A stretch of DNA of 64,000 nt, taken from NCBI GenBank assembly GCA_964016885.1, contig OZ024741.1:239258001-239322000 (forward strand), written 5' to 3'. This stretch comes from Eledone cirrhosa. Lineage: Eukaryota. Positions 38,469 to 53,477 of the stretch are shown here, one piece after another. The first letter of the stretch is position 1, and every line of letters begins with the position of its first letter. The position numbers and the translations under genes were made by a program. The notes below the pieces were generated by a model. The model was not told the origin of the DNA. It ran no database searches and worked only from the letters and a program-made list of their open reading frames with translations.

Positions 38469-40817
38469 CCTTGTAGATTTCTGAAGAGATCTGTTCATTG
38501 TTGATGTCTTCCAGTCTTCAGGATAGTAATGGCTTCTAGACTGACTATATCTGTCTGATATCTCTCCTCGATTACCTGACATCACAGATACACTGTTGTT
38601 ACCTTGATAGATCAACTGTCTCATCTCATTACGACATTGGTATGCCTGTTTCTCTTCTGTTGTTCTAGCTGAGTTATTTCTCACATTGTTACATCTCACA
38701 ATACACAATGTTATAGAAACCACAATAGCTATAGATACTATCACAGCTGCTACTACAATGATAATCAACAATGTTGCATCTATTGTGTTATCAGTTGGTA
38801 CATGGACAGCTGTGAACATTGGTGATGTCTTGTTACTAACAGTCAGTGTTAAAGAGAGACTAGTTGTTGCTGACAGAACTGGAGTACCACTGTCTTTCAC
38901 AACAAACTCCAGTTGATATGATCCGGCATCATTTTGGTAAACTGTGCGAGAGTAAGATAAGACACCAGTGAATGAGTCCAGTTTAAATAATTGTCTCTCA
39001 TTACCTGAAAGGATTTCATACCTGAGAAAAGCATTCATGTGACTGTCTATATCAGAGGCTTTCAGAAGTGTGATGTCATTCTTACTTTGTGGATGATAGT
39101 GGACATCAAGAGTGAAAGGGTCAACACTAGGAAATGTAAAATATGGAACATTATCATTTTTATCTAATACTTCCACTTCAACATTCACTGTGTTATTTAG
39201 AGATGGTGTTCCATTGTCTTTGACTAAAACCTCAAAGTCATAGAAATCTCTGTGTTCTCTGTCTAAAGACTGGTTTGTTGAAATAAAACCAGAGTTGATA
39301 ATCTGGAATGGTAGACGATATTGGTGTTTATTTCTCAGATAATAACTTAATTCACCTCCCTTACCAACATCTGGGTCTGTAGCATTGATAAAACCAATAG
39401 GGAAATTAGCTTTGTCATTTTCATAGGTAAGGAACTTGAATGTATCTTTGGTAAAGTGTGGTTTTACATCATTCACATCTAACACTTGTATTGAGAGATC
39501 TTTATCAGTTTTCAGAGAAGGTAATCCTTTATCTTGACAAGAGACAGTAAAGTGATAATGTTCCTGTGTCTCTCTGTCTACTGCTTTCTTTAGAACTATT
39601 TTATATTCTTTAGATCCCATTGACTGTAGTTTGAATGTATCATGTTTGATATTACAGCTGACCTCTCCATTGTGTCCAACATCATTGTCAGTGACCATCA
39701 CATAAGCAATGAAACTACCAACTTTGATATCTTCCAGAATGGTAGCTGTGTTGTGATTCTGTGTAGAAATATAGTTGACATCAATATTTGGAGGATTGTT
39801 CTGTTGGTTGATAACATTTACCATAACAGTTGTTATGGCACTGAGTGGTGGACTGCCTCCATCTCTGGCTTCAATATATAATTTAAATGATTTGATCTCA
39901 TCTAAGTGAGATTCTTTTGCCAAGAATATTTCCCCAGATTTCACATCTATAATGAAATTACTTTTTGATTCTGTTGCTGTTGTTGGGCTAATAAAATAAG
40001 AAATTTTACCATTTTCTCCAATATCAGAGTCTTTTGCCAACATGACAATAATTGGTATATTTCTTTTGTAGTTATTTTGTATGGAGATATTGTATGTCTT
40101 CTCAGAAAATATTGGTCTGTTATCATTCTCATCTTTGACAGTAATGTGTACAGTTAAGAAACCTTGTTTGGGTGGACTTCCTCCATCTTTAGAAATCACT
40201 TCTATGTCATAACTATCTTTTATCTCTCTATCTAACTTCTCATCTAATATAATTTCAAGAAACGATACACCATCAGCTCTTTGAAATGTCGACAAAGAAA
40301 ACTGATTGTTACTACCTTTCAATTCATAATTCACTAGTCTGTTTTGTAAACCAACATCATCATCAATTGCATTGGGTATTGATCGTTTTGTCCCCTTGCC
40401 CTCAGTTTCATCAAAGTCTAAATTAATTTCTTCAACAGGAAACTCAGGTGTATGGTCATTGATGTCTTCTATCATTACCTTAATCTTTAATATCTTTATA
40501 AATTTCTCTGCTCTATGAACTGCTACCTTAATTGTACGAGAACATTCTTTCTCAAAACTACACAGAGACTCAGCATCCAGTGTTTGTGTAGTATATATCT
40601 TTCCATTACTGGTCACATTAAATAGCTGTGTCCCCTTCTGTTGTAACTGACTAAATGATAATAATGCAATGTCCTGTAACTGTGAATCAGCAGTGATGTC
40701 TCCTACATTGATAATACGACTGTTTTCTTCTTTCACATGATAAACAATGTCTTCTTTAGAGAGTGAATAGTGAAGTAGAGACAGTAATATCCATATCTGT
40801 ATTAAGACCATCTTCAT
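38469..40817 (-). CDS. Pcdh: protocadherin C large exon; spliced protein ~874 aa
   Basis: six EC repeats plus TM; AGG|GTGAGT donor at 38468; exon starts 40845. Confidence 0.95.
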
Positions 40818-41383
40818 TAGTAGGATTAGGTATCAGTTAATCAACCTGGAAATAGGAAACATAACTTTCATTTACTTGTAGAAACCAATAATAGATGAAT
40901 AGTATTCAATTAACTAAATTAAACATATTTTATATATTTCTTACTGCTTTATCACCATAATGTTCAATATTCTACACAGAAAAAAATCATTTAAAGAAAC
41001 ATCATTATATTACTTCTTTTTGTAAATATTTATTTAGAAATCTCAAGCTTCTCATTTTTATATTTTTGCTGTTAATTAACCCTTAATATATACATTATAC
41101 ATGATTTCACATGGAATATGAATAATTAAATTTTCCTTCTTTTCTGGGATTATTTTGTAATTTGTCGATATTCATTGTAAGATCCTGATTAGAAGATAGC
41201 AATGAGTGATGGCTATATTAACAGAGGGACTTCATACATATGACACTATGGTAATCTATGACACTTGAAAGAATTAAAAACTGTAATACTTGGCACTTTC
41301 AATAATATCGTTCAATGTCAGATATAGAATATTACACTGATTTAATTTAGATCTAGGTATATATTACCTGCAATGTCTCTACA

Positions 41384-42280
41384 CTAGCATGGGTTAGACG
41401 GGTTGTCCTGTTTTGGGCAATGCCAGGTCAGGTGACTGTTTCTTGCTCATACAGGACTGATTTTGTCTCGGAGTCTACAGCTGGTGCCCCTCCTAGCACC
41501 AACCTCATTTACAGTGAGTACTGGGTGCTTTTTTACCATGGTGCCCACACGGTCACTTTACAGTGTGGACTGGGTGTTTTTTGTCGTGACACCTACACGA
41601 CCACTTTACAGTGGGAGGGGTATGAGGGCATACTGTCTGTATGCTTTAGCTTCGGATTGTACACGTGGGAAGTCGGATTTTCTGTATTATTGCGTAATGC
41701 CAAAGGTCTCGGTCCGGTGTCATCACCTTTGAGAAGTGTAATTGGGGAAGGTCAGCTTTTTCACCTCATTCCAGGTCTTCTTGGGTCACCCCATTCCAAG
41801 GCTTCCATCGACTTTTAGTGCTCTGCACCTTTTTATGCAACTGTCATCCTTCATATGCATCCCATGTCAATACCAATGCAATCTTGTCTCCTGCACACAA
41901 CATTTGATTCCTCTTATGCTTAGTCGCTCTCTTAATTCTTTTATGCTTTGCCGTTTGCGTATATTATTATTATAACACATCCATTGGAGCATGCAAGCTT
42001 CATTTCTTTCTAATTTACGCAAGTCCAGTGCTCACTACCATGTAACATTGATGTTTGCATGCATGCATCATACAGTCTGCCTTTTATTTTGAGGGAAAAG
42101 CTTTTTGTAGCTAGCAGTGGTAGTAGCTCCCTGAACTTCTTCCATCCTGTTCTTACCCTGGTTACTGTACTTTCAGAACACCCCCTCCGCTGCTAATTCG
42201 GTCTCCTAGATAGCAAAAGCTTTCTACTGTTTCTACAGAGCCCTCCCAGAATTTGGTAGTTTTTGTTTCCTATTGCTGTT
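41384..42280 (-). mobile_element. RTE-like LINE 3' fragment, duplicate of 32375-33270
   Basis: same position and near-identical sequence in the duplicated unit. Confidence 0.7.
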
Positions 42281-43345
42281 TACTGTCTCAGTACAACTGC
42301 TACATGTAAAGCCTACATTCCTAGCTAGACTTCCTGAGATCCTACTGACAATAATTGTTATTTATACAGGCACAGAACATTTAGGACTGCATATTTTATT
42401 ATGTAGAACAGGTAGAAAGTATCAGCATGTTTTAAGAGAAAGACCAACAGGGTTAGTATTAGAAAAGGCATGTGGCCCTGACATACAATCTAATAAGACA
42501 TGCCGAAGCCATAACAGTAAGGAAAATGAATTTTTTTTTTCAATAGAAATTAAAAATGTATAGGTCCCCTCTCTGGAGAGGGACATTTAGGGAGCTAGAT
42601 AAAACTGACTATGAATTAGTTACTCTTGGGGTTAGGGGAGTTATGCCTTATGGCAGACATAAAAACAATGATGATACTAATATGACATAATTAAACCTGT
42701 TTATTCACAGGTTTCTTAAGGTATTATCTAGCAAATATTGTCTATAATTGTTATTTACTCAGAGTGTATCTTGGCTTATATCATCCAATATGTACTTGCT
42801 TTTAGGACATAATAGGGTGGGGTTTGAGAGAGATTTGATTGTTATTTGAGCAAATCAATTGACCACATAATGGCTCAGATGACGCATTGTTACCAGAGAT
42901 ACTTTCCCATGTCTAACATTTTACATAAAACATAGTTAATATAGAGAAAATATACAATATACACTATATAATCATGTTTACAGCACATATTTTCCTCAAA
43001 ATTATGAAGGGGAAAACTAGCACATGACTTACGTACAGCACCTAATAAAACCTCAATTCAAAATATATTGCATGCTATAAAGGTTCCATGTAAAACTGAG
43101 TTGCAAGATTTACCAGTGAGAACTAAATATGTGTATATGGTATATAATAACAAGAAAAACAGGTGTACACTTTGCTACAGTAAATATGTTTCTATATAAA
43201 TATTATAATATTTTAACGGGTTCTCAAATTAGTATTTTACAAGATATTCCTCTATCTGAAACACAGGACTCAGATAAAAGATAGAATTGCAACACAGTAA
43301 AATAAACATATTCAATCAATATTCAAACATATTCAAATCAATAAT

Positions 43346-43472
43346 TGTTTCTACTTTAGGCACAAGGCCAGCAAATACCCAGTTCATTACTGGTACTTTA
43401 TTTTATCGACCCTGTAAGGATGAAAGGCAAAGTCAACCTTGGCGGGATTTGAACTCAGATCGTAAAGGGACG
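43346..43472 (-). mobile_element. young truncated SINE insertion with a 16-bp target-site duplication
   Basis: TATTCAAATCAATAAT at 43330-43345 and 43473-43488; empty site in unit B at ~34330-34345. Confidence 0.9.
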
Positions 43473-44428
43473 TATTCAAATCAATAATAACAATAAAACA
43501 GAATTGATAAAATAAATTAGTTATAGTATGTATTTATCAACATTCTTCAACTATATATAAGATTACTTAGCATCGTTCAATATAGTATTTTTAAGAAATT
43601 GTAAATAAAAACAATGAAATAAAATATTCTATATCATATGAAAATAATTTATTTAGATAAATATATTATTTTGTAACTTAATATCTTTAAAGAAATAAAA
43701 GCCTTGGTGTCAATAAATTTAAATAATATTTCTTCTAAAGAAATGAATAAGCAAAATTCCATATTTCATTAAAATGGCCTTGTTAAACAAGACTAATTAA
43801 GACAATAGTTTCAAATAAATTGTAAGAAATAAATTTTTAAAATCACTTAAATCTGGAATAGTGTTAAATTTAGAAAGTTCAATAATATCACAATACTGTA
43901 TTGATTATTTATGTTGACACTAAACCACCATCTTGTAAACTATCCCCCTGTTTCACATTAGTATAATATATTAATAAAACGAACACATTGTTACATATAA
44001 CTACAATTATGATATGGACAGTTTTAAATGATATTTAACATCAACCACTTAATATAAAAATATTCACAACACTATAAAACCTCAAGAACGTCTTCAGGCA
44101 ATATATTACACATTATCAATATAGATAATATATAAAGGTGTCTAGAAATAAAGTTATGCTACCTAAATTTAAATATATTTCACCAGAAATATAATCATAA
44201 TTAAATACCTCATTAGAGCAGAACATAAATGTTGAACATATCAATGTCTATAGAAAATGTAGAACTGATGATTTTCTATCAAAAAATTTCTACTAACAAT
44301 GTCTTAAAATGTCTACTAACAATTTCTATATATATCATTTTATACTAAAATATGGCTGAATATATTTTATAAGAGATCCATATCACTTGAATAAGTTGTA
44401 AATATAATATAAATATTCATAAACTTAC

Positions 44429-44815
44429 ATTCATTGTGTAAAATCCTTTGTTATAAACTGTGAGTTGGTCCCAATGTTCTGTTAATGGTTGACTGTGACA
44501 CTGCTGCTATGGTGTGACAATGGCTTCATGTTGATGGAATAGTGTTGGTAGTGAGTCAGTGGGAACCAGCAGTTCCTCTCAGTCTTTTCTGTGTGTGTGA
44601 TGTTTACTGAGTGTGAGTATATAAATGTGTGTGTGTGTGTAAAAGAGAGTGAAGGATGGGTGATACTTACTCCAGCCTCACTCAGACTAGATGTTGTGAG
44701 GGAGACAGAGAGAAGACACAATATCAGCTCCACTAACAGTCAGCCAAAACCATCATCATTATCATCATAGTAAAAAGTCTATATAACACCAACATGTCTG
44801 ATGTAAAGAGACTGA
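44429..44815 (-). promoter_or_regulatory. promoter and leader exon of protocadherin C
   Basis: TTATATAG 44779-44786; donor at 44428. Confidence 0.75.
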
Positions 44816-45336
44816 TAAATAACCAATGTTTAAAGGAGATCTTAAATTAACAAAATATTACTGATGTTGGTAAATATTTTACTAACTAATAATGTTAATA
44901 TAATATAGACAATTATATTTAAGATCTGACCTAAATATACACCAAATCTGTAATGGGGGATGTATGAACAAATATTGAAGAAATTCTAAACTTCTCTTAG
45001 ATGTTTATTTTAGTATTAATTTTTTATATAATTCCTTACATATGTTTTAATAATAATGCTCTAAAAATCAAGATATATATTTTAAATATATTCTATGTTA
45101 ATACTATAGATATATCAATTTTATTTTAAATCCACAATATTGAGAATATCTGTGTAAATATTAGTTCCTATAAAAAAAAACTTGTATAAAACTCCAGTGT
45201 GATCATAGAAAATATAATGTGTATGTATATTATTGAAATTGGGGGAGTGGGGAGAAATTGTTATATTTACTTTGTATGTAAAAGTCATATTTAAAATATA
45301 GCAGTAAGTGGTCAATATTTAGTAACTGACCAATGG

Positions 45337-45458
45337 TCAGTTAGTAATGACATCTGGTGTTGAAGGTAACTGTCTCTCTGGAGGTTTCACATATCTATCT
45401 TGATATTGTTGTCTATCACTGTTCACAACTGATGTATCATGTTGACTACCATAGATCC
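45337..45458 (-). CDS. protocadherin D terminal coding exon
   Basis: 122 nt to TGA. Confidence 0.85.
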
Positions 45459-45633
45459 CTGGAAAAGAGACAATATTTTAGTGTAGCAATGTTAGAGACA
45501 ATCACTGTTATCAGAAATACTGTAGTAATGACATACACACAGGACTAATTACACAACACTACATAATTACAATTGGTACAATAATTAATAATGAAATAGT
45601 GTAATACTAAATGAGAATAGTTTGTCAACATAC

Positions 45634-45787
45634 CTGTCATTGCTGGTATTTCTTCATACTGTCTACTTGACCTCTCACTCCAGCACTGACCACTACTCTT
45701 ATGACTGGTCAATGTATCAGTGGGATAGTTAAAAGATGGCTTGTTGTCTCCATAAGATGTCACCTCTATAGGTTGACTATATTTCTG
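45634..45787 (-). CDS. protocadherin D first cytoplasmic exon
   Basis: 154 nt, AG/GT bounded. Confidence 0.85.
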
Positions 45788-47295
45788 CTGTAAAATATAA
45801 GTTACCAGAATGTAAAGGTACCAATTATCAATGACATTGTTATATCTGATATTGAATAAATTACTATAGTTTAGTTCAATGAATACTTCAGTAGAAATAT
45901 ATTTATACATTTATCTTTGAAAACGTTATCTCAAATGGATAATATTAGAATATAATATTTCCACTGTGCAAGCAGGTTTCCTAGGCACACTGGTGTGAAC
46001 AGCATCATTAGAAAGTGCCCTGATGTGTCTAGCTTCCCATCATAACAGGGGCCTGCTGACCTTGATCATGGTGATGGCAAGACCACAGATGTGATAACCC
46101 TTTTATGATTTGAGGAAAGTAAATCTCTGATCTAGCATGCCATGTACTGTGATACATTCTTTTCTTCTCACATTGTTCTTTTGATAACAAACCCAGACAC
46201 TACTGCATGGAACTCTAAGAAAAGGAAGACAGCCAAGTACCAGGACTTGACCAAGGACTTCGTTTTCATCCTGGTCACTGTCAAGACATCTGAAATCCTT
46301 GGTCTTTGGACAGTTGTTTTCCTCCACAAAATCGACTGGAATACATCCTGGCTGAGGAAGGAGACCTGTGAAAGGAATTATCTCCTGTAGTGCTGGTTGT
46401 TTCTGCAATGCCTTTGCCATTTTGCTCCCAGGGCACAGCTGAGATATACTGCCTAGACCTATTTATAGATGTATGGAGTCTGCCACTATGTTCTCCTTCT
46501 CCTTACATGTATTATATTTTATTACAAAAATTATATTATTTAATTGAAATTTGTTGAATAAAAACATTGTGGTTGGTATCAAATATTTCTTATTAAGGTC
46601 TAATAAAGTATTCCGCACATGTGTTAATACTTATTTACCATAAATCATTGTGGTAAACATAAATTTCATGCTTGGGATAATTCAAAATGACAATGTATTC
46701 TAAATATATATTGTAAATATAATCAAAGAATGTTCAATGTGAATCTTTTTGTATGTATCAGAAAGATTATCAATAATTTATTAGGAAGTTCAAGATATTC
46801 AGGTATAAACAATACAACCACAAGCCTAAAATTTATAGGGTTGCATATCATCAAGTATATAAACACTGAGTCATAACTAGTATTCATTTTATGAATGTTG
46901 GGAGGATTAATTACAGAATCAGATGTACCCAGAGGTAGCAAGATATTTTGCCTGATATCCCACAGATTCAGTTCAACAACAGTCTCCTAGTGTTGATTAA
47001 TTTTGAGGGTCTTGAAGATAAATTACAGATAAAATGTATGACAGAATTCTCAGAATGAGATGTACCCATAGGTCGCAAGATATTTTACTCGACAAGCCAC
47101 AGATTGTGTTAAACTACAGTCTCCAGTGTTGATTTATTTTGAGTGACTTGAAGATAAATTGTACACAAAATATAAGACACACAATTCTGTATGTAAATTT
47201 TACTAGATTTACTTAACTAACAATAATATGTACAAAAACAAAACAATTCAAAGATAAAGATGTGTTACAAAATAGTTACGTAAAATAACACTTAC

Positions 47296-49638
47296 TCTGG
47301 TTGATTTCTGAAGAGATCTGTTCATTGTTGATGTCTTCCAGTCTTCAGGATAGTAATGGCTTCTAGACTGACTATATCTGTCTGATATATCTCCTCGATT
47401 ACCTGACATCACAGATACACTGTTGTTACCTTGATAGATCAACTGTCTCATCTCATTACGACATTGGTATGCCTGTTTCTCTTCTGTTGTTCTAGCTGAG
47501 TTATTTCTCACATTGTTACATCTCACAATACACAATGTTATAGAAACCACAATAGCTATAGATACTATCACAGCTGCTACTACAATGATAATCAACAATG
47601 TTGCATCTATTGTGTTATCAGTTGGTACATGGACAGCTGTGAACATTGGTGATGTCTTGTTACTAACAGTCAGTGTTAAAGAGACACGAGTTGTTGCTGA
47701 CAGAACTGGAGTACCACTGTCTTTCACAACAAACTCCAGTTGATATGATCCAGCATCATTTTGGTAAACTGTGCGAGAGTAAGATAAGACACCAGTGAAT
47801 GAGTCCAATTTAAATAACTGTCTCTCATTACCTGAAAGGATTTCATACCTGAGAAAAGCATTCATGTGACTGTCTATATCAGAGGCTTTCAGAAGTGTGA
47901 TGTCATTCTTACTTTGTGGATGATAGTGTATATCAAGAGTGAAAGGGTCAACACTAGGAAATGTAAAATATGGAGCATTATCATTTTTATCTAATACTTC
48001 CACTTCAACATTCACTGTGTTATTTAGAGATGGTGTTCCATTGTCTTTGACAAAAACCTCAAAATCATAGAAATCTCTGTGTTCTCTGTCTAAAGACTGG
48101 TTTGTTGAAATAAAGCCAGAGTTGATAATCTGGAATGGTAGATGATATTGGTGTTTATTTCTCAGATAATAACTTAATTCACCTCCCTTACCAACATCTG
48201 GGTCTGTAGCATTGATAAAACCAATAGGGAAATTAGCTTTGTCGTTCTCATAGGTAAGGAACTTGAATGTATCTTTGGTAAAGTGTGGTTTTACATCATT
48301 CACATCTAACACTTGTATTGAGAGATCTTTATCAGTTTTGAGAGGAGGTAATCCTTTATCTTGACAGGAGACAGTAAAGTGATAATGTTCCTGTGTCTCT
48401 CTGTCTACTGCTTTCTTTAGAACTATTTTATATTCCTTAGATCCCATTGACTGTAGTTTGAATGTATCATGTTTGATATTACAGCTGACCTCTCCATTGT
48501 GTCCAACATCATTGTCAGTGACCATCACATAAGCAATGAAACTACCAACTTTGATATCTTCCAGAATGGTAGCTGTGTTGTGATTCTGTGTAGAAATATA
48601 GTTGACATCAATATTTGGAGGATTGTTCTGTTGGTTGATAACATTTACCATAACAGTTGTTATGGCACTGAGTGGTGGGTTGCCATTATCTCTGGCTTCA
48701 ATATATAATTTAAATGATTTCATCTCATCTAAGTGATATTCTTTTGCCAAAAATATTTCTCCAGATTTCACATCTATAATAAAATTATTTTTTGATTCTG
48801 TTGCTGTTGTTGGGCTGATAAAATAAGAAATTTTACCATTTTCTCCAATATCAGAGTCTTTTGCCAACATGACAATAATTGGTATATTTCTTTTGTGGTT
48901 ATTTTGTATGGAGACATTGTATGTCTTCTCAGAAAATATTGGTCTGTTATCATTCTCATCTTTGACAGTAATGTGTACAGTTAAGAAACCTTGTTTGGGT
49001 GGATTTCCTCCATCTTTAGCTATCACTTCTATGTCATAATTATCTTTTATCTCTCTATCTAACTTCCCACCTAACATGATTTCAAGAAATGATACACCAT
49101 CAGCTCTTTGAAATGTAGACAAAGAAAACTGTTGGTTACTTCCTTTCAATTCATAATTCACTAGTCTGTTCTGTAAACCAACATCTTCATCAATTGCATT
49201 GGGTATTGATTTTTTCATACCTTTTCCATCTCCTTCTTCAAATTTTAACTGGATTTCTTCAACAGGAAACTCAGGTGTATGGTCATTGATGTCTTCTATC
49301 ATTACCTTAATCTTTAATATCTTTATAAATTTCTCTGCTCTATGAACTGCTACCTTAATTGTACGAGAACATTCTTTCTCAAAACTACACAGAGACTCAG
49401 CATCCAGTGTTTGTGTAGTATATATCTTTCCATTACTGGTCACATTAAATAGCTGTGTCCCCTTCTGTTGTAACTGACTAAATGATAATAATGCAATGTC
49501 CTGTAACTGTGAATCAGCAGTAATATCTCCTATATTGATAATACGACTGTTTTCTTCTTTCACATGGTAAACAATGTCTTCTTTAGAAAGTGAATAGTGA
49601 AGTAGAGACAGTAATATCCATATCTGTATTAAGACCAT
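47296..49638 (-). CDS. Pcdh: protocadherin D large exon; spliced protein ~872 aa
   Basis: six EC repeats plus TM; AGA|GTAAGT donor at 47295; exon starts 49672. Confidence 0.95.
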
Positions 49639-52115
49639 CTTTGTCAGTGGAGTTAGTTGTCAGTTAATCAATCTGAAAATATGAAACACAATTTTCACTT
49701 ATTTTGTAGAAACCAATAATAGATCAGTGGCATTCAATTAGCAAAATTTATCATGTTAAAATATATTTTAACAGATTTAATGTATTTGTTACAGCTTTAT
49801 TTTCATTAGTCACAATAATATTCAATATTTAACACAGAAAAAATAATTTAAAGAAACATTCCCACCCATTCTAAACATTTATATAGTAATCTGAAGATTC
49901 TTCAGCACCATCACAGTTTAACGTCCATTTTTCCAAGTTAGCATGGTTATTTTTACATCTCTGTTTTTAATTAAGCCTGAGAATATTTGTTAACCACAAT
50001 TTCACAAGAGGTGAGGCAAATTAAATTCCATTTTCGGAAATAATTTATTATGATAGTTTGCTAAACGTTAAATGTCATATCCTGATTAGAAGATATCAGT
50101 GAGTGGTGTTAATGATAAACTATATCACTGGAAAAAATAAAAAACTGTAATACTTGTTAATTGTAATTATTTTGTTCTATGTCAGAAATAGAATACAAAA
50201 TTCAGTTAATTGTAGATATTAGCTTATATTATCTATAAGATATTGTCAATAATTGTCATTCATACAGATATAGAGCATCAAGTACTACATATTTTATAAT
50301 GTAAAACAGGTACAAGATATCAATATATCTTGAGGTGATGAATAGAGTTCATGTTGGAAAGGGTATCTGGCCATAATCCACATCTAAAAATGATTATATC
50401 CAACCCAAACAAGCAAGAAAAAGCAGACATAAACAATGACAATGATTATGGAAGGTATATTAAACTTAATTATTTACAGATATCTTTAGGTATTATCTAC
50501 CAAATATTGTCTCTAATTGTCATTTATTCAGACAATGCATTTAGGCCTACATTAATCAATGTGTACTTACCTTCATAAGACAATAGGGTGGGGTTTAAGA
50601 AAGACTTGACTTATTTCAGCAAATCAAGTCACCACATAAAGGCTTACTCATTGCTTCAATATATGGCACTTTGTTATCAGAGTTACTTTCCCTTATTGCC
50701 TGACATGTTACAAAAAACATTGTTAATATGCTGAGAAGACATAAAATATGCACTACATATTCATATTCACAATTGCACCTTTTTTTCCTCAAAATTATGG
50801 AATGACAAACATACACATCACTTATATACTGACACTAAAAAAACCTCAATTTTAAATATATGGTACATTATAAATGTTGCATGTAAAATAAGGTACAATT
50901 TACGTTTACCTACTCGTGAGAATTATACACAGGTATAGGTTTCGGCCACTATTGGCCCAGGCCTTGTCTAACTTAATTGCACCACCTGGCATATGTATGT
51001 TATATAATTTAAAAAAATAATGTATAACTCACTACAGTAAATATGTGTTTCCATATAGATGTGTTACAATGATATTTTAACAAGGTTTCTCAAATCAGTA
51101 TTTCATATATATATATTTAAAACACAAAGTTCAGAAAACAATGAAATTCACTACAGAAACACAGTGGAAAGTTTTGCTTAATGGAATAGATATCTTAATA
51201 TAAGTAATAACAAAAAAGAATTGACAAAATAAATCAATTATAGTAAATGTTTATCAATATTCTTCAACTCTGTATAAGATTATTTATTGTGGATCAATAA
51301 AAATGATAAAATATAATATAAAATAATATATAATATTGTATTTCACACAGAAAGGAATTGATACAATTTAAGAAATAAATTCCTCAGTGTAAATATATTT
51401 AAATAATTATTTTAAAGAATGAAATAACTGAAATTAAACAAAGATATTAAACAGGATCTATAAAATTATGTATTTAATTAAAATAACCTCATTATACGAG
51501 AGTAGTAAATACAATAGTTTTCTATAAAATGTAAAAAATACATTTAAAAAATCCCCAACTTCTGGAATAATGTGTAATGTAGGAATAGTTCACTAATACC
51601 ACAATACTGTATTGACTATTTAGTTGATACTAAACCACTATCTTGTCAACTGTTCCCACCATTTCACATTAGTATAATATATTAATATAACAAACACATT
51701 GTTACATATGACTACAATAATGATATGAACTGTTTTAAATGATATTTAACATCAAACACTTAATATAAAAATATTCACAACACTATAAAACCTCAAGAAC
51801 GTCTTCAGGCAATATATTACACATTATCAATATAGATAATATATAAAAGTGTCTAGAAATAAAATTATGCTACCTAAATTTAAATATATTTCACCAGAAA
51901 TATAACCATAATTAAATACCTCATTAGAGCAGAACATAAATGTTGAACATATCAATGTCTATAGAAAATGTAGAACTGAGAATTTCTATCTTAAAATGTC
52001 TACTAACAATTTCTATATATATCATTTTATACTAAAATATGGCTAAATATATTTTATAAGAGATCCATATCACTTGAATAAGTTGGAAATATAATATAAA
52101 TATTCATAAACTTAC

Positions 52116-52490
52116 ATTCATTGTGTAAAATCCTTTGTTTTAAACTGTGAGTTGGTCCCAATGTTCTGTTGTTAATGGTTGTCTGTGTCACTGCTGCTAT
52201 GGTGTGACAATGGCTTCATGTTGATGGAATAGTGTTGGTAGTGAGTCAGTGGGAACCAGCAGTTCCTCTCAGTCTTTTCTGTGTGTGTGATGTTTACTGA
52301 GTGTGAGTATATGTGTGTGTGTAAAAGAGAGTGAAGGATGGGTGATGCTTACTCCAGCCTCACTCAAATTGGAAAGAAGAGGGAGACAGAGACAAAGCAC
52401 AATATCAGCTCCACTAATAGTCAGCCATAGCCATCATCATCATAGTAATAAGTCTATATAACACCAACATGTCTGATGTAAAGAGACTGA
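52116..52490 (-). promoter_or_regulatory. promoter and leader exon of protocadherin D
   Basis: TTATATAG 52454-52461; donor at 52115. Confidence 0.75.
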
Positions 52491-53028
52491 CATAGAAATA
52501 ACCAATGTTTAAAGGAGATCTTAAATTAACAAAATATTACTGATGTTGGTAAATATTTTACTAACTAATAATGTTAATATAATATAGACAATTATATTTA
52601 AGATCTATCTGACCTAAATATACACCAAATCTGTAATGGAGGATGTATGAACAAATATTGAAGAAATTCTAGACTTCTCTTAGATGTTTATTTTAGTATT
52701 AATTTTTTAAATAATTCCTTACATATGTTTTAATAATAATGCTCTAAAAATCAAGATATATATTTTAAATATATTCTATGTTAATACTATAGATATATCA
52801 ATTTTATTTTAAATCCACATTATTGAGAATATCTGTGTAAATATTAGTTCATATATATATATATATAAAAAACTTGTATAAAACTCCAGTGTGATTATAG
52901 AAAATGTAATGTGTGTGTATATTATTGAAATTGGGGGAGTGGGGAGAAATTGTTATATTTACTTTGTATGTGAAAGTTATAATTAAAATATAGCAGTAAG
53001 TGGTTAATATTTAGTAACTGACCAATGG

Positions 53029-53150
53029 TCAGTTAGTAATGACATCTGGTGTTGAAGGTAACTGTCTCTCTGGAGGTTTCACATATCTATCTTGATATTG
53101 TTGTCTATCACTGTTCACAACTGATGCATCATGTTGACTACCATAGATCC
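53029..53150 (-). CDS. protocadherin E terminal coding exon
   Basis: 122 nt to TGA. Confidence 0.85.
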
Positions 53151-53323
53151 CTGGAAAAGAGACAATATTTTAGTGTAGCAATGTTAGAGACAATCACTGT
53201 TATCAGAAATACTGTAGTAATGACACACACAGGACTAATTACACCAAACTACATAATTACAATTGGTACAATAATTAATAATGAAATAGTGTAATACTAA
53301 ATGAGAATAGTTTGTCAACATAC

Positions 53324-53477
53324 CTGTCATTGCTGGTATTTCTTCATACTGTCTACTTGACCTTTCACTCCAGCACTGTCCACTGCTCTTACGACTGGTC
53401 AATGTATCAGTGGGATAGTTAGAAGATGGCCTGTTGTCTCCATAAGATGTCACCTCTATAGGTTGACTATATTTCTG
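53324..53477 (-). CDS. protocadherin E first cytoplasmic exon
   Basis: 154 nt, AG/GT bounded. Confidence 0.85.
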
